The notes below the pieces were generated by a model that was given only the letters and a program-made list of their open reading frames with translations, did no database searches and was not told the origin of the DNA. 45,640 nucleotides of DNA from an uncultured Gammaproteobacteria bacterium (lineage in GTDB: Bacteria > Pseudomonadota > Gammaproteobacteria > Magnimaribacterales > D2472). Positions 27,572 through 37,191 of the stretch are shown here, one piece after another. The DNA lies in NCBI GenBank assembly GCA_964455855.1, contig CAYVYQ010000002.1:1-45640 (forward strand), written 5' to 3'. Numbering within the stretch: the stretch's first letter is position 1; every line of letters starts with the position of its first letter. The translations under genes and the position numbers were made by a program.

Positions 27572-28630
27572 ATTATTAATAAATTAACTGACATTTTAGG
27601 TTGTGATTATCCCATTATTCAAACAGCAATGGGTTGGGTGGCTATGCCTCAATTAGTTGCCGCAACTTCAAATGCTGGAGCTTTTGGATTTTTAGCTTTA
27701 GCTACTGCTGGACCTCAGGAAGCAATTGAAATGATAGATGAAACAATGAGCTTGACGGATAAACCCTTTGGAGTAAATTTTCACATGTTCCAACCAGGGG
27801 CTGATGAGATCGTTCAAGCAGTTTTGGATAAAAAAATTAAAGCTGTTAGTTATTCAAGATCTCCAACGCCAGATTATATACAAGCCTTTAAACAGCAGGG
27901 AGTTATCTGTATACCAACTGTTGGTGCGCTTAAACATGCAATAAAAGCAGAGCAGCTAGGTGCTGATGCTCTTGTCATACAAGGCTCAGAGGGAGGCGGT
28001 CATACCGGATCAACACCCACAACCTTGTTGCTTAGTTCTGTTCTTGAGCATGTTGATATTCCAGTCGTCGCTGCAGGTGGGTTTAGAGATGGATCAGGTT
28101 TAGCTGCATCTCTTGCATGGGGCGCATGCGGCATAGCGATGGGAACTCGCTTTATGATGACTCGAGAAAGTCCTGTTCCAGGTGAAACAAAGAAAGCATA
28201 TGTTTCAGCAGAGGTTGATGAAATCAAAATAACAAAAAAATTTGATGGCATGTCTCATCGCCTTATTTTCAACAAATACATAAAAAAAATAGATCGATCC
28301 AACCCCATTTCATTATTTTTAATGTCGGTTACTTCTGCCTGGAAATATAAGCAAATTACCAAAGCATCTTTTGGTGATCTCATTAAGTCTTTCTTTGCAA
28401 TGCTTAAGGGAGATGATTTAACTATTTCACAATCAATTATGTCTGCGAATAGCCCAGCAATTATTCAAAAGGCAATGGTGGAAGGTTCTCCTCATGAAGG
28501 CGCTATGCCATCTGGTCAAGTTGCTGGAATCATTACTAATCTACCTTCATGCAAAGAGCTGATTGATCAAATCATGGGAGAATTTAATATCGCTGCTGAA
28601 AACTTTAAAAAGATTGAGGAGAAATCATGA
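27572..28630 (+). CDS. ipdC: Nitronate-monooxygenase-fold enoyl reductase (IpdC-like); start codon uncertain
   Basis: YPIIQTAMGWVA, DKPFGVN, VIQGSEGGGHTG, AAGGF.DG.GLAA, GTRF and SGQVAGIITNLPSCKELIDQI match the IpdC/NMO family. The conserved N-terminal motif lies upstream of the first ATG (27629). The ATT at 27572 is only a tentative start (see findings). Confidence 0.8.
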   Translation: MINKLTDILGCDYPIIQTAMGWVAMPQLVAATSNAGAFGFLALATAGPQEAIEMIDETMSLTDKPFGVNFHMFQPGADEIVQAVLDKKIKAVSYSRSPTPDYIQAFKQQGVICIPTVGALKHAIKAEQLGADALVIQGSEGGGHTGSTPTTLLLSSVLEHVDIPVVAAGGFRDGSGLAASLAWGACGIAMGTRFMMTRESPVPGETKKAYVSAEVDEIKITKKFDGMSHRLIFNKYIKKIDRSNPISLFLMSVTSAWKYKQITKASFGDLIKSFFAMLKGDDLTISQSIMSANSPAIIQKAMVEGSPHEGAMPSGQVAGIITNLPSCKELIDQIMGEFNIAAENFKKIEEKS

Positions 28631-29388
28631 GTGTTGAAACTTCCATAAGTAATAATGTTGCTGAAATTATTTTAGATTGCCCTCCCGTAAATGCATTAAC
28701 TTCAACTGAATGGCTAGATTTAGCAATTAACATTGATAATCTTGCTCATAATAATGATGTTAGAGTTATTTTAATATCAGCTAGGGGTAAAGGTTTTTGT
28801 GCTGGTGCTGACATTAAAGAATTGCAAGAGGATCCAACAAAAATTACAGATGTTAATGATGGTTGTTGGAAAACAGCAAGAGCAATTCATGTTTCAAATG
28901 TTCCTGTAATATCAGCCTGTCATGGATTTATTCTTGGAGGAGGAATTTTACTTGCGGGAGCATCTGATATTGTTTTATCAACCGAGGATTCCTATTTTGG
29001 CTTACCTGAAATTGATAGAGGTGCGCTGGGTGGTGGAGCTCATCTAAGTAGGCTGTTTCCTCTTCAGGCAGTTAGAAAAATGATGTTTACTGGAAAGCCT
29101 ATTTCTGCTCAAAGAGCTTATGAATACGGTTCGATTGAGTCGTTGCATCCAGACCTAGAATCTGTGCGTGAAGCGGCACTTGTTATTGCAAATGATATAG
29201 CCTCAAAAAGTCCTACAGCAATGAATTTAGCTAAAAAAGCATTGAATGAAATTGAGAATGGCAATGTCGATGAGCATTATAAGTCAGAGCAAACCTTTAC
29301 TCTTGAGCTATATAAATCTAGGGATTCTCAAGAAGCTCGAGATGCATTTGTTGAAAAAAGAGACGCAGATTTTAAAGATGAAAATTAA
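28627..29388 (+). CDS. Enoyl-CoA hydratase/isomerase family protein
   Basis: 253-aa crotonase fold (ARGKGFCAGADIKE; ACHGFILGGGILLAGASDIV). ATGA overlap with the ipdC stop. Confidence 0.85.
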   Translation: MSVETSISNNVAEIILDCPPVNALTSTEWLDLAINIDNLAHNNDVRVILISARGKGFCAGADIKELQEDPTKITDVNDGCWKTARAIHVSNVPVISACHGFILGGGILLAGASDIVLSTEDSYFGLPEIDRGALGGGAHLSRLFPLQAVRKMMFTGKPISAQRAYEYGSIESLHPDLESVREAALVIANDIASKSPTAMNLAKKALNEIENGNVDEHYKSEQTFTLELYKSRDSQEARDAFVEKRDADFKDEN

Positions 29389-30529
29389 TTTTACAAAGGA
29401 ACAAAACCTATTTAGAGACGAGGTGCGCACTTGGTTAGAGAGCAATGTTCCCGAGACACCACTTTTATCATTGGATACTAAAGAAGGTTTTGAGCAACAT
29501 AGAGAGTGGGAAAAGACATTAAATCAAGGAAATTGGTCAATGGTTACTTGGCCCAAAGAGTATGGAGGAAGGGGCCTAGACCTAATTCAATGGTTAATAT
29601 TTGAAGAGGAGTATTATCGAGCCGAAGCTCCTACAAGAGTGAATCAAAATGGAGTTTTTTTACTTGGTCCAACTTTGATGGAATTTGGAACTCATGAGCA
29701 GAAATCTAAATTTTTAAACGCCATGGCTACTGGTGATCATATATGGGCACAAGGTTGGTCTGAGCCGGGTGCTGGAAGTGATATGGCTGCTATCAGAACA
29801 ACAGCAGTGCTAGAAGGCGATCATTACAAAATTAATGGGCAAAAAACTTGGTCTTCAAGAGCAGCATATGCTGACTGGACCTTTGGCTTATTCAGAACAG
29901 ATTTAGACTCCGAAAGACACAGAGGTTTATCTTTTATACTAGTGCCTTTGGATTTGCCTGGCATTACTGTAAGACCCATACCTCAATTGGATGGCGAACC
30001 AGGTTTTGCTGAAATATATTTTGATGATGTAAAAGTTCCTGTAGAAAATCTGATTGGTGGTGATGGTGAGGGCTGGAAGATTGCAATGGCAACAGCAGGA
30101 TTTGAGAGAGGTCTAATGCTAAGAAGCCCAGCACGTTTTCAACAAACAGCCGCAAAATTATTAGAGCTTTATCTTGCAAAGCAAGACCATTGCTCTCCAA
30201 TGATTCAGGCTAAGGTTGTTGAGGCTTGGGCTCAATCAGAGTCATATGCTTTAAGCATCTATCATACTGCATCAAAAATGCTTGATGGAGGCTCCATTGG
30301 CTCAGAATCTAGTTTAGGCAAGATTTTCTGGTCCGAACTTGATCACATGATGCATCAAACAGCATTGAAAATCTTGGGAGCTAGCGCAGAATTATCTCAA
30401 GAATCTAAAAATGATGCTGCTAAATGGATCAAGGGCTTCATGTTTTCTTATGCAGGACCAATTTATGCTGGCACCAATGAAATTCAAAAAAATATAATTG
30501 CTGAAAGGTTACTAGGGCTTCCTAGGTAG
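29378..30529 (+). CDS. Acyl-CoA dehydrogenase, catalytic (alpha-type) subunit
   Basis: WSEPGAGSD, GQKTWSS, and C-terminal YAGTNEIQKNIIAERLLG carrying the catalytic Glu. Internal ATG at 29378 chosen; it overlaps the upstream gene by 11 nt. Confidence 0.85.
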   Translation: MKINFTKEQNLFRDEVRTWLESNVPETPLLSLDTKEGFEQHREWEKTLNQGNWSMVTWPKEYGGRGLDLIQWLIFEEEYYRAEAPTRVNQNGVFLLGPTLMEFGTHEQKSKFLNAMATGDHIWAQGWSEPGAGSDMAAIRTTAVLEGDHYKINGQKTWSSRAAYADWTFGLFRTDLDSERHRGLSFILVPLDLPGITVRPIPQLDGEPGFAEIYFDDVKVPVENLIGGDGEGWKIAMATAGFERGLMLRSPARFQQTAAKLLELYLAKQDHCSPMIQAKVVEAWAQSESYALSIYHTASKMLDGGSIGSESSLGKIFWSELDHMMHQTALKILGASAELSQESKNDAAKWIKGFMFSYAGPIYAGTNEIQKNIIAERLLGLPR

Positions 30530-30533
30530 ACAA

Positions 30534-31571
30534 ATGAACTTTATATTTACAGAAGAGCAAATCCAATTTAAAGATGCCATCAAAGCTTTTTTGTCTGAAG
30601 AATGTACTCCCTCTTCAATCAGAGATGGCTGGCAAGCGAATAGTTCTTTTAATCTCGACCGATGGAAAAATTTAATTGAGCTAGGAGTCTTGAACTCCAA
30701 TCTTCCTCAAGACAAAGGTGGTTTAGGTATGGATCAAGTCACATTAGCTTTGATGGTTGAAGAGATGGGTTATGCTGGATTACCTGAACCAGTGGCAGAG
30801 CAAACTTTTTTAGTAAACGATGTAATTCCTTTCCTACCTAAAAATATTACTGAAGCTATTGAGAGTAATTACAATGATGGTACTCAATACATAGCTCTTG
30901 CGCATCCTTTAGCTCCAAATTCACTGTTTTTAAATAACTCAGCCGGACTTATTCTGCTTGATAATTCTGAATGCAAGTTCATTGCAAAAGATGATATAGA
31001 TTTTGAAATCATGTCCTCTAATGATCCTTCTAGAGAGCTCTTCAAGATAAATTCTATTAATAATGCCATTTGTGCATCTGAAAATTTTGATGAGATTAAT
31101 TCTGCCATTTCAGCAAGAGGAGCATTAATGACAGCAGCTTTGTTGATTGGATTGGCCCAAAAAATGATAGATTTAAGCTCAGTTTATGTTTTAGATAGAA
31201 CTCAATTTGGAAAACCCATCGGATCCTTTCAGGCTGTTAAACATATGTTAGCTGATGTGGCAGTTAAAATTGAGTTTGCAAAACCTGCTGTTTATAGAGC
31301 AGCTTATTCTTTGTCTGAAAATAATCCAAAATCCGCTTTACATTGCGCTCACGCAAAATTGATGTGTTCCCAAGCTGCTGAACTTGCATGTAAAAATAGT
31401 ATTCAGGCTCATGGAGCAATGGGCTATACCTGGGAGATGGATCTTCATATATATATGAGAAAAGCCTGGTCGATGATGGCTTGTTGGGGCAATGAAGACA
31501 GGCAACAAGATATAATTTTTAAGACACTGTCTTCCACCAGTGAAGAGCTTGGTGTTTTATATACTTTTTAG
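30534..31571 (+). CDS. Acyl-CoA dehydrogenase family, beta-type subunit lacking the C-terminal catalytic Glu motif
   Basis: 345-aa ACAD fold (FGKPIGSFQAVKHMLADV; QAHGAMGYTWEMDLHIYMRKA) without a GTNEIQ-type catalytic base segment. Paired 4 nt after the alpha subunit, as in steroid alpha2beta2 ACADs. Confidence 0.75.
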   Translation: MNFIFTEEQIQFKDAIKAFLSEECTPSSIRDGWQANSSFNLDRWKNLIELGVLNSNLPQDKGGLGMDQVTLALMVEEMGYAGLPEPVAEQTFLVNDVIPFLPKNITEAIESNYNDGTQYIALAHPLAPNSLFLNNSAGLILLDNSECKFIAKDDIDFEIMSSNDPSRELFKINSINNAICASENFDEINSAISARGALMTAALLIGLAQKMIDLSSVYVLDRTQFGKPIGSFQAVKHMLADVAVKIEFAKPAVYRAAYSLSENNPKSALHCAHAKLMCSQAAELACKNSIQAHGAMGYTWEMDLHIYMRKAWSMMACWGNEDRQQDIIFKTLSSTSEELGVLYTF

Positions 31572-31583
31572 GGAGACTTAGGT

Positions 31584-32738
31584 ATGCGAGATGCATTTAT
31601 AGTTAGCGCGTTGAGAACACCGATAGGTAAGAAGAAAGGCACTTTATCAAATATGCACCCTGCTGATTTAGGGGCTGTGGTTCTTTCTGCAACCTTTGAT
31701 CAGGTAGATTTAGATCCTGAGTTAGTTGAGGATGTAATTTTTGGTTGCGTTGATACAGTTGGACCTCAAGCTGGTGACATAGCAAGGACCTGTTGGTTGG
31801 CTGCAGGTCTTCCTGAGCATGTTCCAGGAACAACCGTTGACCGTCAATGTGGTTCATCTCAACAAGCTGTTCATTTTGCTGCTCAAGCTATTATGTCTGG
31901 TACCTCAGATGTAGTTATTGCTGGAGGCGTTCAAAACATGAATTTGATTCCTATATCTTATGCAATGATTGCTGGGCAAGCGCTAGGTTTTGCAGACCCA
32001 TTTTCTGGATCAAAAGGCTGGGTCAAGCGCTATGGTAATAAAGAGGTAAGTCAGTTTAATTCAGCACAGATGATTGCAGAAAAATGGAATATATCTAGAT
32101 TAGAGATGGAAAACTATGCATACCAAAGCCACCAAAAAGCCATGAGTGCTATTGAAAAAGGCTTGTTTAAAGATGAAATTGTTTCAGTTGAAGGCTTTAA
32201 TACCGATGAGACTCCAAGAGCAGAAACTTCATTGGAAAAAATGGCTTCCTTGAATCCATTGATTGAGGGCCATGATATTACAGCCGCTATTTCTTCGCAA
32301 AATGCAGATGCATCTTCAGCTATTTTGATTGTTTCAGAAAAAATTCTTAAAGAGCATAACCTTACTCCCTTAGCAAGAATAGCGCATATAAGTGTTAGAG
32401 CCGATGACCCAATCTGGATGCTTACCGCGCCTATGCCTGCAACAGAATATGCAGTCAAAAAGTCAGGCATCCAATTACATGAAATTGGTTTGGTTGAGAT
32501 AAATGAAGCGTTTGCATCTGTTGCTATGGCTTGGCAGAAAGAAATGGAGTACCCAATGGATCAAATTAATATAAGCGGGGGAGCAATTGCTCTTGGCCAT
32601 CCACTTGGAGCAACCGGCGCCCGATTGATGACTACCATGGTTCATAATATGAAAAGAAATAATATTAAATATGGTTTGCAAACAATGTGTGAAGGCGGAG
32701 GCCAGGCAAACGTTACAATCTTAGAGAATTGCTCATGA
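31584..32738 (+). CDS. Acetyl-CoA C-acyltransferase (thiolase), FadA6-like by context
   Basis: Active-site VDRQCGSSQQA, NEAFA, GHPLGATG and CEGGGQA. Confidence 0.88.
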   Translation: MRDAFIVSALRTPIGKKKGTLSNMHPADLGAVVLSATFDQVDLDPELVEDVIFGCVDTVGPQAGDIARTCWLAAGLPEHVPGTTVDRQCGSSQQAVHFAAQAIMSGTSDVVIAGGVQNMNLIPISYAMIAGQALGFADPFSGSKGWVKRYGNKEVSQFNSAQMIAEKWNISRLEMENYAYQSHQKAMSAIEKGLFKDEIVSVEGFNTDETPRAETSLEKMASLNPLIEGHDITAAISSQNADASSAILIVSEKILKEHNLTPLARIAHISVRADDPIWMLTAPMPATEYAVKKSGIQLHEIGLVEINEAFASVAMAWQKEMEYPMDQINISGGAIALGHPLGATGARLMTTMVHNMKRNNIKYGLQTMCEGGGQANVTILENCS

Positions 32739-33517
32739 ACAATTTAATGAATCCAAAATATCCTGAGGGAAGAAATCTTTTTCAAGATAAGAATATCTTA
32801 ATAACTGCTGCTGCTGGGTCTGGAATTGGTTTTTCAACCGCAAAGCGATTTCTTGAGGAGGGGGCCAATATTTTTATTTCTGATGTTCACCAGGGAAGAT
32901 TAGATGATGCAATAGAAAGTTTACGAAAATTGAAGATGGGTGATGTTCAAGGTTGTCTTTGTAATGTCACGAGTGATGAAGAAATTGAAGCAATGTTCAA
33001 AGAGGCTATTGCTTGCTATTCATCATTAAATGGAGTGATTAATAACGCCGGGCTTGGGGGAGAGTCCTTGTTAGAAAATATGACCAACGATGCTTGGGAT
33101 CTAGTAATGGACGTTACCCTTAATGGTGCGATGAAAATTATGAGAGCTGCCATTCCAGTGCTTAAAGACACACAAGGCGTAATTGTTAACAATGCATCTG
33201 TATTAGGCTGGAGAGCGCAAGCAGGTCAATCTCACTATGCTGCCGCAAAGGCTGGAGTAATGGCTTTAACAAGGTGTGTTGCATTAGAAACCGTAGATCA
33301 TGGAATTAGAATAAATGCAGTAGCTCCGAGCCTTGCAATGAATCCACATCTGTCCAAGACTAGCTCAGATGAATTGATAGCTGAATTAGAATCTAAAGAA
33401 GCTTTTGGAAGAGGGGCAGAGCCATGGGAAATTGCGAATATTATTTTATTTTTAGCATCAGATCTTTCTTCATATATGACTGGTGAGGTAATATCTGCAT
33501 CATCTCAAAGGGCATAG
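32735..33517 (+). CDS. SDR family oxidoreductase (IpdF-like by context)
   Basis: ITAAAGSGIGF cofactor motif, NNAG, YAAAKAG. The ATG at 32735 forms an ATGA overlap with the thiolase stop. The TTG at 32729 is an alternative. Confidence 0.8.
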   Translation: MNNLMNPKYPEGRNLFQDKNILITAAAGSGIGFSTAKRFLEEGANIFISDVHQGRLDDAIESLRKLKMGDVQGCLCNVTSDEEIEAMFKEAIACYSSLNGVINNAGLGGESLLENMTNDAWDLVMDVTLNGAMKIMRAAIPVLKDTQGVIVNNASVLGWRAQAGQSHYAAAKAGVMALTRCVALETVDHGIRINAVAPSLAMNPHLSKTSSDELIAELESKEAFGRGAEPWEIANIILFLASDLSSYMTGEVISASSQRA

Positions 33518-34210
33518 ATGGAAAAGCTAGCCTATCAACTTTGGAAAAAAGATGATGACAGTCTAGAAAATTTTAAACAATTACTTCTTCAAAACCTTAG
33601 TAAAGATATTAGCGAGCTAGTTTCAGAGTTACAAATTAATATCGCTGATGCTGATGTTGAACCGGCAAATACTCTAGCTCAATCAAATTACCCACCCTCA
33701 CCAAATGCGGTCATTTTCATCAAAGTTAAGAGTTATTTTTATATGGATTCGCTTGCAAGCCATCTAAAAAAAATTTCAAAAAAAATTCAAGGCTTTGTGG
33801 TGAGTGAGTCAATAATTTTAGATGATTTGGACAAAAGTCCCTTGGGTCTTAGAGCTGAGGGGTTTTCGCAAGTAGTTTTTTTAGAGAAACCAGAAACTAT
33901 GTCTGCATTTGATTGGTTTGATCACTGGACTAATCATCACACAAAAATTGCTATTGAAACCCAATCTAATTTTATTTACGTTCAAAATACAGTTGTTAGA
34001 TCTTTGCAGCAAACCTCACCAACTTTTATTGCTATTATTGAGGAGTGTTTTCCATCGTCTGCTATGACAGATCCAGCGATTTTCTATGCAGCAGAGAATG
34101 ATCCAGAGCTCCTAGCTAAACATACAAAGATAATGATGGATAGTTGTGAGAAATTTATTGATTTTAATAAGATCGAGGTAATTCCTACAAGTAGGTATAG
34201 AATAATTTAA
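33518..34210 (+). CDS. Uncharacterised 230-aa protein, possibly EthD / dimeric alpha-beta-barrel-like
   Basis: Starts on the nucleotide after the SDR stop. The second half (VVFLEKPETMSAFDWFDHWTNHHTKIA) resembles the EthD pattern. No catalytic motif recognised. Confidence 0.4.
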   Translation: MEKLAYQLWKKDDDSLENFKQLLLQNLSKDISELVSELQINIADADVEPANTLAQSNYPPSPNAVIFIKVKSYFYMDSLASHLKKISKKIQGFVVSESIILDDLDKSPLGLRAEGFSQVVFLEKPETMSAFDWFDHWTNHHTKIAIETQSNFIYVQNTVVRSLQQTSPTFIAIIEECFPSSAMTDPAIFYAAENDPELLAKHTKIMMDSCEKFIDFNKIEVIPTSRYRII

Positions 34211-34240
34211 CTAAATTAAAAATTTAAAAGTGGGGAAAGT

Positions 34241-35014
34241 ATGAGTGAATTAAAAGTTGCATTGGTCACTGGAGCTGCAAGTGGCATGGGTAGAATCTCT
34301 TCTAAAAGATTGGCTGCTGATGGTGTGCACGTTGCAGCTGTAGATGTGAATGAAAAAGGATTAAGTGAGCTAAAGCAAGAATCAAACAATATCTCTACTT
34401 TTCCATGTGATTTATCTGATTCAAATGCAGTTAAATCTATGGTTCAGCAAGTTCAATCAGAAGTCGGTTCGATTGATAGGGTGACAAATGCAGGCGCCAT
34501 AATGCCTTTGGGTAGGGTGGCTGATTTATCAGCTGAGTCGATCAATCAATTAATGAGAATCAACTATGAGGGCACGGTCAATATTGTGGCTAATGTCTTG
34601 CCACAAATGATCGAGAGAGATTCAGGGCAAATAATTTTATTTGGCTCAATTGCTGGAACATGTCCGGTTGAACATATGTCTGCATACAGCGCCTCAAAAG
34701 CAGCAGTGAATATGTATGGAGAAATCTTGGCTAAGGAACTTGAAGATACAAACATACGAGTGATGCTGGTCTGTCCCGCCATAACTGATACTCCTTTGAT
34801 GAGGTTTGTAGATGAGACTGACGCACCTCAATCTATCAAAAAATCTGTGATGGGTGGAAAATTAAACAATCCCGAGGATGTGGTTAGTGCTATCGAGAGA
34901 GATATTTTAACTGATAAGGTAATCTGCTATCCGACGCCTGATGCATTGTATGCTACAAGGATCAGAAGGTTTTTTCCAAATTATTGGTGGAAATTAGTTG
35001 AAAAAAATTCATAA
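34241..35014 (+). CDS. SDR family oxidoreductase
   Basis: VTGAASGMG cofactor motif and YSASKAA catalytic Tyr/Lys. SD-like GGGGAAAG upstream. Confidence 0.85.
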   Translation: MSELKVALVTGAASGMGRISSKRLAADGVHVAAVDVNEKGLSELKQESNNISTFPCDLSDSNAVKSMVQQVQSEVGSIDRVTNAGAIMPLGRVADLSAESINQLMRINYEGTVNIVANVLPQMIERDSGQIILFGSIAGTCPVEHMSAYSASKAAVNMYGEILAKELEDTNIRVMLVCPAITDTPLMRFVDETDAPQSIKKSVMGGKLNNPEDVVSAIERDILTDKVICYPTPDALYATRIRRFFPNYWWKLVEKNS

Positions 35015-35025
35015 TGAAATAGACC

Positions 35026-36375
35026 ATGGAATATATTGATAAACTCCCACCAGATAATAGAGATCTTTCTATGTTTCCAGGTCAATACGGATGGCCCTTT
35101 CTTGGTAAAACTGTTGAGCTTGTAAAAGATACATTGGCAATGTGCAACAAACATTATGATAAATACGGTCCTGTTTCCAGGCTTGATATGGTACGCAATC
35201 AAAGAGTGTTGATGTGTCTTGGACCAGAATTTAATGAAGCCGCTTTATTCGATCCTCAGGGTAATTTCAGCGTAGCTGGCGGCTATGCGAGTTCATTGGG
35301 CACACTATATCCAGAAGGCATGTTGCTAAGGGATGACAAAAAACATAAAAAGACAAGAAGAGCATCCCAACCAGCATTTAAGACAGATGCTCTTAAGTCA
35401 TATGTTGATATGTTAATTCCTATTCAAGAGCGCCGTATTCAAGCACTTCCCATCGATGAGGAATTTGTATTCTATGACAATATTCAAGAAACATTAATGG
35501 ATGTCGCTGCAAGAGTGTTCATAGGCTTAGATGAAAAAAGTCCAGAAGCACAAAGATTGAGTTACCTTTTTTCAACAATTAATGAGGGCTTGGTAACTCC
35601 CTTGCCCTATGATCTGCCATTTTTAAAATTTAGAAAATCTATGCAGGCTCGCGAAGAGCTTAGAGAGTTTTTTATTTCAAATATCCCTAAAAGAAGGGGC
35701 TCTGATGCTCAAGATATGTTTACAAGATATTGCAATGCTCAAGATGAGGATGGTGAGTATCTAGAAGATGTCGATATTGATGGGCATATGGCATTTTTGT
35801 TATTTGCAGCTTTTGATACCACAACAAGCGCACTGACAAATATTCTTTATTACCTGGGTAAAAATCCTCATTGGCAAGAAAAAGTTCGGGATGAAATTTT
35901 TAGTGTGAGCAATGAAATGCCTACATTTGAAGACATGACAGAGATGACTATGACCGAATATGTTTTTCAAGAGACGTTGAGATTCTATCCATCAGTTATG
36001 ATTTTAAATAGGCGCACTACCAGAGATGTAAATGTTGCCGGATATGACATACCTGCAAATACTGTTGTTATGCTTAGCCCGCCATTTACTCACCGTATGG
36101 AAGAATGGTGGTCAAACCCTTTAGAGTTTGATCCTATGAGATTTTCTCCAGAAAGAGCCGAACATAAAAAACATGGTTTTAGCTATGTGCCATTTGGTGG
36201 CGGTGCGCATAAATGCATTGGTATGCATTTTGCAATGATGAATGCAAAGCTTTATTTATTTAGATTACTTAAAAATTATAAAGTAAATCTTAGATCTAAT
36301 TACGATCCTGCATTCTTGCATGTGCATCTGCCAAGGCCCATTGATGGCTTGCCATTAACTTTAACTAGGATTTAG
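35026..36375 (+). CDS. Cytochrome P450 (CYP120/CYP26-like features)
   Basis: ExxR (ETLRFYP), heme-thiolate loop FGGGAHKCIGMHFA, I-helix AAFDTTTS, and N-terminal PGQYGWPFLGKTVE motif. No membrane anchor. Confidence 0.9.
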   Translation: MEYIDKLPPDNRDLSMFPGQYGWPFLGKTVELVKDTLAMCNKHYDKYGPVSRLDMVRNQRVLMCLGPEFNEAALFDPQGNFSVAGGYASSLGTLYPEGMLLRDDKKHKKTRRASQPAFKTDALKSYVDMLIPIQERRIQALPIDEEFVFYDNIQETLMDVAARVFIGLDEKSPEAQRLSYLFSTINEGLVTPLPYDLPFLKFRKSMQAREELREFFISNIPKRRGSDAQDMFTRYCNAQDEDGEYLEDVDIDGHMAFLLFAAFDTTTSALTNILYYLGKNPHWQEKVRDEIFSVSNEMPTFEDMTEMTMTEYVFQETLRFYPSVMILNRRTTRDVNVAGYDIPANTVVMLSPPFTHRMEEWWSNPLEFDPMRFSPERAEHKKHGFSYVPFGGGAHKCIGMHFAMMNAKLYLFRLLKNYKVNLRSNYDPAFLHVHLPRPIDGLPLTLTRI

Positions 36376-36379
36376 TTCG

Positions 36380-37189
36380 ATGATTCCACATGGCTCCTAT
36401 TTAGAAGTCGAGAATGACTTTAATTTTCATTATTATGACGAGGGAGATGGGGATGTTGTGGTTTTATTGCATGGCAGTGGAACTGGTGCATCCGGGCATA
36501 CAAATTTTAAAAATAATTTTATAGCTTTGAAAGAAGCAGGATATAGAGTAATTTTGCCTGACCTTCCTGGGTATGGTTTCTCAAGCAAGCCAGAGGATGA
36601 AACCTATTCACTGGAATATTTTAATACCAAAATACTCCAGCTCCTTGATGCACTAAAAGTTGAATCATTCTCGTTAATTGGAAATAGTTTAGGGGGGGCA
36701 CTGGCCTTAGGTCTTGCTTTGAGTCATCCCAAAAGAGTAGAGAAATTAATTCTTATGGCTCCTGGCGGCGTTGAAGATCAAGATACTTATAACAAAATGC
36801 CTGGTATTCAAAAACTTCTATCTGATTTTCTAGGCGGGGAGATGACTCAAGAAAAAATAGAGGGCTTGCTTTCGCTGTTTCCATATGACTCTTCAATTAT
36901 TTCTGATGAAATGGTGTCAGATAGAATGGAGATACTTCCATTGATGAATTCGCAAGTCTTAGCATCAATGACAATTCCAAATATGGAAAAAGATCTCTCT
37001 AAAATCCAACATCCCATCCTTGCTTTTTGGGGCATCAATGATCTATTTATTCCTGTATCAGGCTCTATGAAGATTGGTGAAAAATGTCCAAATGCTCAGA
37101 TCATGCTTTTTAGCCAGTGTGGACATTGGGTTATGATTGAGAAAGAGCAAATTTTTAATGAGGCCTGCATTAATTTCTTATCAGCTTAA
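36380..37189 (+). CDS. hsaD: Meta-cleavage-product (C-C bond) hydrolase, HsaD/BphD-like
   Basis: Alpha/beta hydrolase with LLHGSGTGASG, nucleophile elbow GNSLGG and a C-terminal CGHW motif. Confidence 0.82.
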   Translation: MIPHGSYLEVENDFNFHYYDEGDGDVVVLLHGSGTGASGHTNFKNNFIALKEAGYRVILPDLPGYGFSSKPEDETYSLEYFNTKILQLLDALKVESFSLIGNSLGGALALGLALSHPKRVEKLILMAPGGVEDQDTYNKMPGIQKLLSDFLGGEMTQEKIEGLLSLFPYDSSIISDEMVSDRMEILPLMNSQVLASMTIPNMEKDLSKIQHPILAFWGINDLFIPVSGSMKIGEKCPNAQIMLFSQCGHWVMIEKEQIFNEACINFLSA

Positions 37190-37191
37190 AT

